NCBI GenBank assembly: GCA_016783505.1
Contig: JADHWK010000014.1
Coordinates: 1-50,472, forward strand
Reading direction: 5' to 3'
DNA: 50,472 nucleotides
Source of the DNA: Candidatus Zhuqueibacterota bacterium
GTDB taxonomy: Bacteria; BS750m-G25
This document shows, one piece after another, positions 1-8,526 of this stretch. How positions within the stretch are numbered: the first letter of the stretch is position 1; every line of letters starts with the position of its first letter. The notes beneath the pieces are model-generated. The model did not search any database. It was not told where the DNA came from and saw only the letters and a list, made by a program, of their open reading frames with translations. Both the position numbers and the translations under genes were made by a program.

Positions 1-552
1 ACTGTTTATTTCGAGCAGCCCGGCCCGGAAAACACCGATCGGACGCTGGAAATTGCCAAAAAACGGGCGGATGAACTGGGGATTAAGGACATCATTGTGG
101 CTACCACCCGGGGGGAAACCGGGGTCAAAGCCTCCCGGTCCTTTAAGGGGTTCAACCTGATCGCAGTGACCCATTCTACTGGCTTTGCCCGGCCAAACTT
201 TCAGGAATTGATCCCGGATAATCGGAAGGAAATAGAGGAAAATGGGGGCCGAGTATTAACCTGCCAGCACGCCTTCGGGGGGGTGGGGAGGGCGGTTCGA
301 AAGAAGTTGGGGACCTACCAACTGGAGGAGCTCATCGCCTACACCCTGCGCACCTTTGGTCAGGGGATGAAGGTAGCCGTGGAGATTGTCCTCATGGCTA
401 CTGATGCCGGACTGGTGTCGACGGATAGGGAGGTTATCTCCATCGGGGGAACGAACTCCGGGGCTGATACCGCTGTCCTCGTTCAGCCCGCCAACGCCGC
501 CGCCTTCTTCGACCTGAGGGTAAAAGAGATTCTGTGTAAGCCGCGATTTTGA
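1..552 (+). CDS. Pyruvate kinase C-terminal (PK_C)/DUF1867-like alpha/beta protein, 5'-truncated by the window edge
   Basis: Frame 1 is open from base 1 (TVYFEQPGPENTDRTLEIAKKRADELGIKDIIVATTRGET...). Motifs YFxxPGxxNT, FGQGMKVAVEI, ATDAGL, GGTxxGADTA and EILCKPR are typical of the MTH1675-like family. Confidence 0.8.
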   Translation, partial: TVYFEQPGPENTDRTLEIAKKRADELGIKDIIVATTRGETGVKASRSFKGFNLIAVTHSTGFARPNFQELIPDNRKEIEENGGRVLTCQHAFGGVGRAVRKKLGTYQLEELIAYTLRTFGQGMKVAVEIVLMATDAGLVSTDREVISIGGTNSGADTAVLVQPANAAAFFDLRVKEILCKPRF

Positions 553-563
553 GGGGAGAACCC

Positions 564-1847
564 ATGAAGAATTTTGAGGATTTTGAGACTTATCGGAAAG
601 AGTACTACCGCTTGAAAAATAAGTTGGGCCGAAGACCGATCAGAAAAGAGTGGCTGAAAAATGTAGATTACTCTGAAACAGAATTTAACCATATCTTCGG
701 GGGGTGGAGGAAGTTCCTCGAGGCCCTGGGAGAAAAACGGTCCCATGTCACGACTGAAGAACTGGTAAAGAATTTTCACCGGGTTTATCATAAATTCGGG
801 CATAGACCTTCCATCAAAGAAATGAACTTCCACGGCTTATACTCTACCCATTACTATGTTAAAACATGGGGATCTTGGAGGGCTTTTTTAAAGTCACAAG
901 GGATCAGTATACCGGAAAAACGATTGACCAAGCCGCAATTGATCGAGAATTACTTCCGGGTAAAAAAGATGGTAGGGGAGGTTCCTACTTCGCGAAACAT
1001 GAGGGAATATGGTAAATACAGTGTTAATAATTACCGGAAACATTGGATAACTTGGAACAAATTCTTAAAGAGCCTGGGGGAAAGCAGGGAGCCCTCAGCA
1101 GCCCAAATAAAAAACTCAATGTTCGAAACCTACCACCTCCTTCGGGCCAAGTTGGGACGGATTCCCAAGTTTTCATTGGAGCTTTCCCATAAGCCCCTTA
1201 GCACGCATTATATCCAAAAACACTTCGGAACATGGGGTAATTTTCTCAAAGAAGCCGGTGAGATCGTCCCCAAAAGGTATGCCAGCCCCGAACAAAAAAG
1301 ACAATGGAGCATTGAGCTGTACTTCAAAATCAAGGAAAAACTGGGTCGGGGACCGATGGCATGGGAGTATCGTGCAATGGGGGGTAATCCTTTTTATGTT
1401 ACCATCTGGGGGTCCTGGAATGAGTTCAAAAAAGCAATGGGAGAAGAGGTCTTGCGCCAACGAAAGCCGGTGCGTAAAGGGAGACGGAACGTAACCCGGG
1501 AAGAACTGATAGAGGAATACTTGAAGCTCAAACGGATGCTGGGTCGCCAGCCGTTATTAAAAGACGTGAACCGCCTGGGGGGATATAGTGCCGGGACCTA
1601 TCAAATACATTTCGGCAGCTGGCTTAATTTTCTCAAAGAAGCCGGTGAAGTCCTTCCCAAAAGGTATGCCAGCCCTGAACAGAAAAGACAATGGAGCATC
1701 GAGCGGTACTTTGAAATCAAGGAAAAACTGGGCCGGGGACCAATGGCAAGGGAGTATCGTTCAATGGGGGGAAATCTTTTTTATCTTACCCTCTGGGGGT
1801 CCTGGAATGCATTCAAAAAAGCGATGGGAGAAGAGGTCTTGCGCTAA
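564..1847 (+). CDS. Tandem-repeat protein with 7 homing-endonuclease-associated-like (HNH_repeat) units and no nuclease domain
   Basis: Seven ~55-65 aa units of the form (L/I)xxY..LGRxP...Y...(F/W)G(S/T)WxxFLxxxG. ATG 564 follows a GAGGGGAG RBS (the ORF track starts at TTG 549). Confidence 0.7.
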   Translation: MKNFEDFETYRKEYYRLKNKLGRRPIRKEWLKNVDYSETEFNHIFGGWRKFLEALGEKRSHVTTEELVKNFHRVYHKFGHRPSIKEMNFHGLYSTHYYVKTWGSWRAFLKSQGISIPEKRLTKPQLIENYFRVKKMVGEVPTSRNMREYGKYSVNNYRKHWITWNKFLKSLGESREPSAAQIKNSMFETYHLLRAKLGRIPKFSLELSHKPLSTHYIQKHFGTWGNFLKEAGEIVPKRYASPEQKRQWSIELYFKIKEKLGRGPMAWEYRAMGGNPFYVTIWGSWNEFKKAMGEEVLRQRKPVRKGRRNVTREELIEEYLKLKRMLGRQPLLKDVNRLGGYSAGTYQIHFGSWLNFLKEAGEVLPKRYASPEQKRQWSIERYFEIKEKLGRGPMAREYRSMGGNLFYLTLWGSWNAFKKAMGEEVLR

Positions 1848-1977
1848 CGAAAGCCGGTATGTAAAGGGGAATGGAACATAACCCGGGAAGAACTGATAGA
1901 GGAATACTTAAAGCTCAAACGGCTGTTGGGTCGCCAGCTCTTTTAAAAGACATAAACCTCCCGGGGGGATTTAGTGC
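1238..1977 (+). repeat. Internal tandem duplication, 387-bp period (129 codons)
   Basis: TTTTCTCAAAGAAGCCGGTGA at 1241 and 1628. CAA at 1458 corresponds to TAA at 1845, and homology continues past the stop. Confidence 0.9.
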
Positions 1978-2050
1978 GGCGATTTATCGAAAACCTATTG
2001 GCTGTTGGTCCGATTTCCTGAGGGAGATTGGTGATCCATCCCCCCGTTAG
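1848..2050 (+). pseudogene. Decayed eighth repeat unit and original C-terminus of the repeat protein
   Basis: After the stop the DNA reads RKPVCKGEWNITREELIEEYLKLKRLLGRQ, then a 1-nt deletion near 1940, then LPGGFSAAIYRKPIGCWSDFLREIGDPSPR* (TAG 2048-2050). This matches the repeat consensus. Confidence 0.8.
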
Positions 2051-2125
2051 GCGCCATGGCTCCCGCCTGAGGTGGGCAAAATGCAAATTAATAAAAAGTA
2101 CCGATTGGATAGGGAATAAAATCCC

Positions 2126-2680
2126 GTGTACGTGACCCCGAAAATGGTTGCCGGGATGGAGGCTGTCTACGGCCGACCGCGGGTGACCAGACTCACCTAC
2201 CAGATGGGGGAGCTGGAGTTTGGGATGGTGCTTAGCAGCCAGAAGGCATCCCGGGCCCACGACGTTACCCTTTATATCTTAAAGAAGGGCAAAATCGTGG
2301 TGATACGCAAGCCCATGCATCCGGCGGGGGTTTACCGGGCTCCCAGCGGGGGACTGAAGCCGGGCGAGGGTTTTGAGGAGGGGGCCAAGAGGGAGGCCAA
2401 AGAGGAGACGGGGCTGGACATTGAACTCAAGCGTTACCTTTACCGGATCCAGGTGACATTTGTCTGTGGGGAACGGAAGATCCACTGGACCAGTCATGTG
2501 TTCTCAGCCCGGCCTGTCGGGGGGGAACTGATCCCCCAGGATACCCGGGAGATTATTGGTATCAAGCTGGCCACCTTAAAGGAGATGAACACCAGCATTA
2601 GGGGTGCGATGCTGGCCTCGGGCATCACCGGCCTTATCTACCGGGCCCACCTGCATGATCTGGTGAAGGATGTTCTCTGA
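2126..2680 (+). CDS. NUDIX hydrolase
   Basis: Nudix box GGLKPGEGFEEGAKREAKEETGL. Confidence 0.9.
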   Translation: MYVTPKMVAGMEAVYGRPRVTRLTYQMGELEFGMVLSSQKASRAHDVTLYILKKGKIVVIRKPMHPAGVYRAPSGGLKPGEGFEEGAKREAKEETGLDIELKRYLYRIQVTFVCGERKIHWTSHVFSARPVGGELIPQDTREIIGIKLATLKEMNTSIRGAMLASGITGLIYRAHLHDLVKDVL

Positions 2681-2763
2681 ATACGGCTCTGCGATTAATT
2701 ATTGGTAGGTTTTTTTCTTAATAAATTTTACATTAACCCAGATTCGGAATTTCATTTTTAACA

Positions 2764-2950
2764 ACCCACGAATCAGTCGGGTGCCTGACCGATTTATTCG
2801 TGGGTCTTAAGGAGCGTTAGGAAATTTTTACCCCGTAGGGTTTAGTGATGGAGGATTTTTAATGTCCCATCAGTCGTCTGATTGAAAAACCGATGAATCG
2901 GTTAAATATATTCTTTTGTTTTGGTACCCACCCCGAGTACTCGGGGTGGG
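2764..2950. repeat. Cluster of REP-like palindromes
   Basis: ACCCACGAAT...ATTCGTGGGT (2764-2805), AACCGATGAATCGGTT (2888-2903) and the perfect 24-bp palindrome CCCACCCCGAGTACTCGGGGTGGG (2927-2950). Confidence 0.7.
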
Positions 2951-3043
2951 CTTCTTAGGGATTTCAACACGTTGCACCAATGTTATAAGAAAATTTTCAG
3001 AATATAGGATTAGAAAGAGGAAATACAGTGAGGAGGTTTATAT

Positions 3044-3286
3044 ATGATTGCCACCGCTCATATTTTAATCAACGTGAAGGTGGGGATGGCCAAGGGGGTG
3101 TACGACAAGCTCTCCAAGATTACCGGGGTGCAACACGTGGATGCCATCGCCGGCCCCTACGACCTGATCGCCACCGTCCAGGGGGGCGATTTCAACGCCA
3201 TCGGCAACCTGGTGCTGAACAAGATTCAGGCCATCGAGGGGGTGGAACACACCATTACCTGTAACGTGATTCAGTTCGAGGCCTAG
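3044..3286 (+). CDS. Stand-alone Lrp/AsnC ligand-binding (RAM) domain protein
   Basis: 80 aa; AHILINV...GV..V.AIAGPYDLIA...KIQAIEGV..TIT pattern; GAGGAGG RBS. Confidence 0.85.
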   Translation: MIATAHILINVKVGMAKGVYDKLSKITGVQHVDAIAGPYDLIATVQGGDFNAIGNLVLNKIQAIEGVEHTITCNVIQFEA

Positions 3287-3394
3287 CGAAGCATCACCTC
3301 CCTGACCGGTCGGCCTGCCCGGGGCTGGGCGCCGCAAGGCCCAGGGAGACCCGCCTAGGGGCAGGTAGACCAGCGAGTCACGAAGCCCGTGAGA

Positions 3395-3547
3395 AAATCC
3401 TAAATTCGAATATCGAAATACGAAACAAATTCCAATGACCAAAATCCCAATGCTCTAAATACAGAAGCCTTTGCTCCGCACAAGACAGCTTTGGGTTGTT
3501 TTGAATTTTGAACATTTGTCCCGAACCTTCGGGATCGAATTTAAAAT
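3395..3547. repeat. Inverted short-tandem-repeat intergenic element (AAATCCTAAATTCGAATATCGAAATACGAAACAAAT...TTTTGAATTTTGAACATTTG)
   Basis: Degenerate heptamer runs in inverted orientation, similar to 9944-10160 and 38753-38990. Contains a TCCCGA-N4-TCGGGA palindrome at 3519-3534. Confidence 0.6.
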
Positions 3548-3670
3548 CAGCAGACTTTAATTTCAGTTCAAAAACCTGACCTCAATTTTAAAATCTTTCT
3601 TTATGAAAAGGTCTAGTTGTAACGGCATTAGCTTCTGTTATCCCTTATCTTGCATGCCGGGGTGGTTAAA

Positions 3671-4108
3671 ATGAAGTGCCCTTATTGTGGTCATATCTTT
3701 AAGCCCCGCAATCCGGTTCCCACCGTGGACATCATTATTGAGGTTCCCGGGGGAATTGTCCTCATCAAGCGGAAGAACCCCCCTTACGGTTGGGCCATTC
3801 CCGGGGGGTATGTGGACTATGGGGAATCCTTAGAGGATGCCGCCCGCCGGGAGGCTGAGGAGGAAACCTCACTGAAGGTTCAGGACCTGTGCCAGTTTCG
3901 GTGTTATTCAGACCCCGGTCGGGATCCCCGGCAGCATACCATCTCCACCGTATTCATCGCCAGCGCCCGGGGAAAGGCTCAGGCCCAGGATGATGCCGCG
4001 GCTTTGGGCATCTTTACCAGGGACAACCTGCCCCCCGATCTGGCGTTTGATCATGAGAAGATTCTATCTGATTATTTCTTTGAAATTCAAAATTCGAAAC
4101 AGCGATGA
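3671..4108 (+). CDS. NUDIX hydrolase (ADP-ribose pyrophosphatase-like) with N-terminal CxxC knuckle
   Basis: [18 protein letters not shown]; Nudix box [44 protein letters not shown]. Confidence 0.9.
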   Translation: MKCPYCGHIFKPRNPVPTVDIIIEVPGGIVLIKRKNPPYGWAIPGGYVDYGESLEDAARREAEEETSLKVQDLCQFRCYSDPGRDPRQHTISTVFIASARGKAQAQDDAAALGIFTRDNLPPDLAFDHEKILSDYFFEIQNSKQR

Positions 4109-4341
4109 CGACGACAACTAAAATTACCCGTTTATCCAAACGGATCCGTATGGACGGGTTTATGGTAAACCCCAAACTATCGGGGTATCTTCGGTTAGTA
4201 AAATGGTAACTGTTCACCACTTACTTTAAAGACATATTTTAAATCCCCCCTACCCCCCTTTAATAAAGGGGGAAACGACATAGAGTCAAACTTATAGATT
4301 TTCCTATTCGCTTCTTTTACTGAGATCTGTGAAGTAGGGAA

Positions 4342-5433
4342 ATGACCACTCAGGCCAAGCAATATAACCGCATCAAAATCGTCCTTTCGATCCTGCACTT
4401 CCTGCTGGGTCTTGCCTTTCTGGGTGTCATCCTGTTTGCCGGGTGGTCGGCCTCGCTGGCCGATTGGGCCGCAGAATGGACCGCCAACCGTTATCTTCAA
4501 CTGCTCATATTTGCCCTTATTCTGGGGGCCGTAGGGACGATCCTGTCCTTGCCGCTGAGCTACTATTCCGGCTATACCTTAGAACATAAATTCAATCTTT
4601 CCCATCAATCCTTCGGCCGCTGGCTGGTGGAGGAGCTGAAGGGACTGGCGGTGAGTTTGGTGCTGGCCATCCCTGTTCTTTTGGGTTTTTACTTTTTTCT
4701 GGTCACCTTTCCCAACTATTGGTGGCTTCCCCTGGGAATACTCCTGGCCTTTCTTTCGATTATCCTGGCCCGGCTGGCCCCCATTCTCATATTACCACTT
4801 TTCTATAAGTTCATCCCCATTGATCATAATGATGTAAAAGAAAATCTGTTAGATCTTTGCAAGAGGGGGGGGGTGCCGGTATTGGGGATTTTTTCTTTTA
4901 ATCTGAGCAAGAACACCCGCAAGGCCAACGCCGGGTTTACGGGGTGGGGCCGGTCCCGTCGGATTATCCTCGGGGATACCCTGCTTAAGAACTTCAGTCC
5001 CGATGAGATCACCCCCGTGTTCGCTCATGAGCTGGGGCATTTTAAGCAAGGTCATCTTTGGAAGGGCATGGCGGCAGGCACCCTCAGCATCCTGTTCGGG
5101 CTGTGGCTGACGAGCCTTCTTTATCGGTTAACCCTCCCTGGTTTGGGCTTTGAAAACCAGGCCGACATCGGGGCCCTGCCCCTTTTGGCGCTGTGGCTGG
5201 CCTTATTCGGTCTGGTTACCTTGCCCCTGAACAACGGGTTGTCACGGAGGTGGGAGCGGGCTGCCGACCGATACGCCGTTAAACTTACCGAACAGAAGGA
5301 TTCCTTCCTGTCTTCCTTGGAAAAACTGGCCGACCTGAACTTAGCAGACCGGGACCCCCACCCGGTGGTGGAATTCCTGTTCTACGGCCATCCGTCCATT
5401 AAGAAGCGCATGGAAATGGTGAAAGGTGTTTAA
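4342..5433 (+). CDS. M48 family membrane zinc metallopeptidase (Ste24/CAAX protease-like)
   Basis: Multiple TM segments, KANAGFTG, RRIILGDTLL, HELGH, ERAAD, and the C-terminal HPS..KR motif. Confidence 0.92.
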   Translation: MTTQAKQYNRIKIVLSILHFLLGLAFLGVILFAGWSASLADWAAEWTANRYLQLLIFALILGAVGTILSLPLSYYSGYTLEHKFNLSHQSFGRWLVEELKGLAVSLVLAIPVLLGFYFFLVTFPNYWWLPLGILLAFLSIILARLAPILILPLFYKFIPIDHNDVKENLLDLCKRGGVPVLGIFSFNLSKNTRKANAGFTGWGRSRRIILGDTLLKNFSPDEITPVFAHELGHFKQGHLWKGMAAGTLSILFGLWLTSLLYRLTLPGLGFENQADIGALPLLALWLALFGLVTLPLNNGLSRRWERAADRYAVKLTEQKDSFLSSLEKLADLNLADRDPHPVVEFLFYGHPSIKKRMEMVKGV

Positions 5434-5489
5434 TCTAACCACATCGTCAAATCCTTTCTTTACAGTCCTCAGATGTTTCTTTTTTTCTC

Positions 5490-5549
5490 TTGATTTTTAA
5501 GCAGTTGACTGTTATATTAGTCAACTGACAGAAATATTAGTCAATTGAT
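5490..5549 (+). promoter_or_regulatory. sigma70-like promoter overlapped by an operator-like inverted repeat
   Basis: TTGATT(5490)-17-TATATT(5513). Inverted repeat CAGTTGACT-N8-AGTCAACTG (5502-5527) and direct repeat TATTAGTCAA(C/T)TGA x2. Confidence 0.55.
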
Positions 5550-5606
5550 AAGAAATGGGATAAAGTCTAAGACCAACTTTCATTAAAACAAGGATTAATA
5601 CATTTA

Positions 5607-5760
5607 GATTGATTGTTGATTGCTGATTGTTATGAAAAAGATCTTTTCAAATTAAGGATTGAGATAACTCCCTAAAGAAACCAATACTGGAATAAAGATC
5701 CTTTGATATTTAAAGTAAATTTAAACTAGCAATCAGCAACTGACAATCAACAATCAAAAT
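5607..5760. repeat. Inverted heptamer-repeat element (GATTGTTGATTGCTGATTGTT / AGCAATCAGCAACTGACAATCAACAATC)
   Basis: Tandem 7-mers on the left are mirrored by their reverse complements on the right. The same motif occurs at 30641-30696. Confidence 0.7.
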
Positions 5761-5775
5761 TAAGGTAAGTAATCT

Positions 5776-7581
5776 ATGCGTTTTGAAGTCTTCTATATGC
5801 AGATACTCTGCCTGGGGCTTTTAGTTCTTGCCGCTCACTTTGGCGCAAAGATAACCAGGCGGATGCATATTGGCGAAGTAGTTGGGCAGGTTCTGGGTGG
5901 GCTGGTTGTGGGGCCAATTCTTCTTCTTGCCCTCGAAAATAAGTTCCCCGCCTATCGGGAAGCAATGACTTCGCTACATTTTTTCACTTTTGTTTTTTTA
6001 AGTATAATTGCATTTGGAATAGGTGACGAACTTAGCATTGATAAGCTGAGGAAAGTTGGTCATGATGCGATTATTATGAGCCTTGTTGAGGCCTCTATTA
6101 CTTGGATGTTGATAACCGGAACCTTCTTCCTTTTAGGTTTTAAGCCAATAGTTGCCCTTATAATTGGAAGTATTGGAATTGCAACCGCCCCCGCAGTCAC
6201 ATTTGTGATAATGAATAAGCTTGAGATTACGGGGAAGATGAGAAGCATGCTCGGCGGGATGGTTGTTCTTGATGATGTAATAGAGGTTATTATATTTTCC
6301 GTGATGTGCCAGGCAGCTCTTTTATTTCAAAGACAAGAAAGTGTTTCCATTGGTGAGATTTTCCTTCCAGTCACAAAAGAATTTGTTCTTGCAGTTCTTT
6401 TAGGTCTGGTCGTTTTTATTGCCTTGCGTTTTTTAGTGGAACGCAAATGGCTTAGACCAAAATCTAAAGATGCTAATTTTGACGCTGATCTCGGTCCAGA
6501 GTTTTTATCAAGGCTTATTTCGGAAATGCCGGGTCCTTCGGTTGAAGTATTGATAATTGTTGCCGGATGTGTTTCTCTTGGTGTAGGGCTAGCACTCCAC
6601 TGGCATCTGCCTTTTTTGATTACCGCTGTGGCTTCGGGTATTTTTATCGCCAACCTTTATACCACTGAGGTTTTCAAATCCCTGAGAATTGAAAATACGA
6701 CATCGATGTATACTCTGGTATTTTTTGCCCTAATAGGAGCCAATGCTAAGATTGAATCATTCCACCTTGAAAACTTCTTATTCATTGCGGCTTATATAGC
6801 GGCCAGGGGTTTTGGGAAAATAGGGGGAACGTGGTTGGGATGCAAGATTACACGGCAGAAGAAAAGATTAACGCAGTGTTTACCCAAGCTGATGTTACCC
6901 CAGGCAGGCGTTGCTGCTGTCGAGGCATATTTTGTCGCTTCGGTTCTTGGCAAAGATGGTGAAACAATATTGAGTATTATCCTTCCGGCGCTTATTCTCT
7001 TTGAAATAATCGGAGTTCTTGTTTCAGAGAGGACACTACTGAAGTGGAGGTCATGGATTACCGGCGGAGGAGAATTAATTGACGAAGAAGAGATAATAAG
7101 GGAAAAATTAGAGAAAGAAAAGTTAAATGTCGCCGCTATCCTTAATCCTGATTGTTTAAGGATACCCCTTGAAGTAAACTCCAAGGGAGAAGCAATCTGG
7201 GAGCTCATTCGGACTCTTAAAGCAACAGGGCATATCGAAAATCCGGGCCAAATTCTTGAGATAATTCTTAAAAGGGAAAGGCAGGGAGGAACGACATTGG
7301 GGGATGGAATTGCAATTCTTCATGGTCGGCTTTCGGGCATCACAAAACCCGGTGTTGCTCTTGGAGTATTGCCAAGGGACCACGGGATTGCCTTCGGGGG
7401 CACAGGAGATGTTCCTGTGGATATAATCTTTATGGTAGTGTCGCCCGAAAAAACCCCCGAGCTTCATCTTCAGATTCTTGCGGCTATTGCAAAGCTTCTT
7501 TCTAATCATGATGCGAGAACGCGGTTAAGGTATGCTAAGGATGAAACAGAGGTGTTGCGGATCATTAAGGAACATTCCTGA
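5776..7581 (+). CDS. Cation:proton antiporter (CPA2/Na_H_exchanger) fused to a C-terminal PTS EIIA (fructose/Ntr-type) domain
   Basis: About 12 hydrophobic segments with ATAPA, LDD and LPQAGVA motifs. The C-terminus has KRERQGGTTLGDGIAILHGR (phospho-His) and HLQILAAIAKLL. Confidence 0.88.
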   Translation: MRFEVFYMQILCLGLLVLAAHFGAKITRRMHIGEVVGQVLGGLVVGPILLLALENKFPAYREAMTSLHFFTFVFLSIIAFGIGDELSIDKLRKVGHDAIIMSLVEASITWMLITGTFFLLGFKPIVALIIGSIGIATAPAVTFVIMNKLEITGKMRSMLGGMVVLDDVIEVIIFSVMCQAALLFQRQESVSIGEIFLPVTKEFVLAVLLGLVVFIALRFLVERKWLRPKSKDANFDADLGPEFLSRLISEMPGPSVEVLIIVAGCVSLGVGLALHWHLPFLITAVASGIFIANLYTTEVFKSLRIENTTSMYTLVFFALIGANAKIESFHLENFLFIAAYIAARGFGKIGGTWLGCKITRQKKRLTQCLPKLMLPQAGVAAVEAYFVASVLGKDGETILSIILPALILFEIIGVLVSERTLLKWRSWITGGGELIDEEEIIREKLEKEKLNVAAILNPDCLRIPLEVNSKGEAIWELIRTLKATGHIENPGQILEIILKRERQGGTTLGDGIAILHGRLSGITKPGVALGVLPRDHGIAFGGTGDVPVDIIFMVVSPEKTPELHLQILAAIAKLLSNHDARTRLRYAKDETEVLRIIKEHS

Positions 7582-7645
7582 TTGAAATTACAAATTTCCA
7601 TAGATAAGAAAGTTTTAATTCAACATCTAAAACAAAGATTAAGAC

Positions 7646-7679
7646 AACCCTGCGAAGGGTTGGGACCTTCGGAAGGTTA
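7646..7679. repeat. REP-like double hairpin
   Basis: AACCCTGCGAAGGGTT followed by ACCTTCGGAAGGT. Confidence 0.5.
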
Positions 7680-7707
7680 TCTAAATTAAAACCAGAGAGG
7701 AGGAACT

Positions 7708-8244
7708 ATGCGGATACGGATTGCCAAAAAGATCCTGAAGTACAGGGATAAGCTGAGTTATACCCCGGAGCAGATCAGGAAGGCCGAGAGGACCCTGGCC
7801 AGTCACCAAGATCGTTCTAAAAAGATAGCTTTGCGCCAGGCTGAAGAGGAGAAAATCGAGATTAAAAAGGAAGAGGGGGAATTAAGGGAGGAACAGGTTA
7901 AGTTGGAAGAGAAAGTAACAAAGAAAAAAGTAGTAAAGAAGAAGGTTGTTAAGAAGAAAGAAGCAAAAAAAGAAGAGGGGAAAAAACCAGCGAAGGCGAA
8001 GGAGACAGGGAAGAGAAAAGAAGGAAAGAAAAAGGCTGTCAAAAAGGAAGAAGCAAAGAAAGAAAAGGTGAAAAAACCAGTGAAGGCGAAAAAATCAGAG
8101 AAGAAAAAGGAGAAGGAAAGAGGGGAAGAAGAGGAGAAGAAAAAAGTGACGAAAGGAAAGAAGAAAAAAGAAAAACAAGGGAATAATGAGGACAAAAAGG
8201 TGAAGAAAAAGGCGGGAAAAAAGCTAAAGGGAAAAGAAGGATAA
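7708..8244 (+). CDS. Lys/Glu-rich low-complexity protein with a short globular N-terminus
   Basis: GGAGGA RBS and 178-aa ORF; KKKVVKKK and KKPxKAK repeats; almost pure-purine coding strand. Confidence 0.6.
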   Translation: MRIRIAKKILKYRDKLSYTPEQIRKAERTLASHQDRSKKIALRQAEEEKIEIKKEEGELREEQVKLEEKVTKKKVVKKKVVKKKEAKKEEGKKPAKAKETGKRKEGKKKAVKKEEAKKEKVKKPVKAKKSEKKKEKERGEEEEKKKVTKGKKKKEKQGNNEDKKVKKKAGKKLKGKEG

Positions 8245-8405
8245 GGATTCATTAAACAAATGTTCCGGAAATTCTATGATCTAGTGCCGTCCCGAAACTT
8301 CGGGAAAATTCCAAAATATTTTAAAACCCGACCTCTGCAATCGTTACGGGCCTGAAGGCCCTGCTCCGGGGGGAACGGTAAATTTTGGGAAAAGAATATG
8401 AAGCG

Positions 8406-8435
8406 AAGCCCCAACATCTGGGATGGGGCTTTTTT
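8406..8435 (+). terminator. Rho-independent terminator
   Basis: AAGCCCCA-loop-TGGGGCTT followed by a T-run. Confidence 0.7.
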
Positions 8436-8450
8436 GTTGTAAGGTTAGGG

Positions 8451-8479
8451 TTGACTTTTGGGCTAAAATGTCTTAAATT
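8451..8479 (+). promoter_or_regulatory. sigma70-like promoter of rarA
   Basis: TTGACT-17-TAAATT. Confidence 0.5.
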
Positions 8480-8526
8480 AAATTTAAAATTAAGGAAATC
8501 CAAAATTCATCGGAACGATCTGCAGG

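Noticed and set aside
7803-8252. 149-aa Phe/Ser-rich minus-strand ORF
   Set aside because: It is the antisense shadow of the low-complexity Lys/Glu-rich gene.
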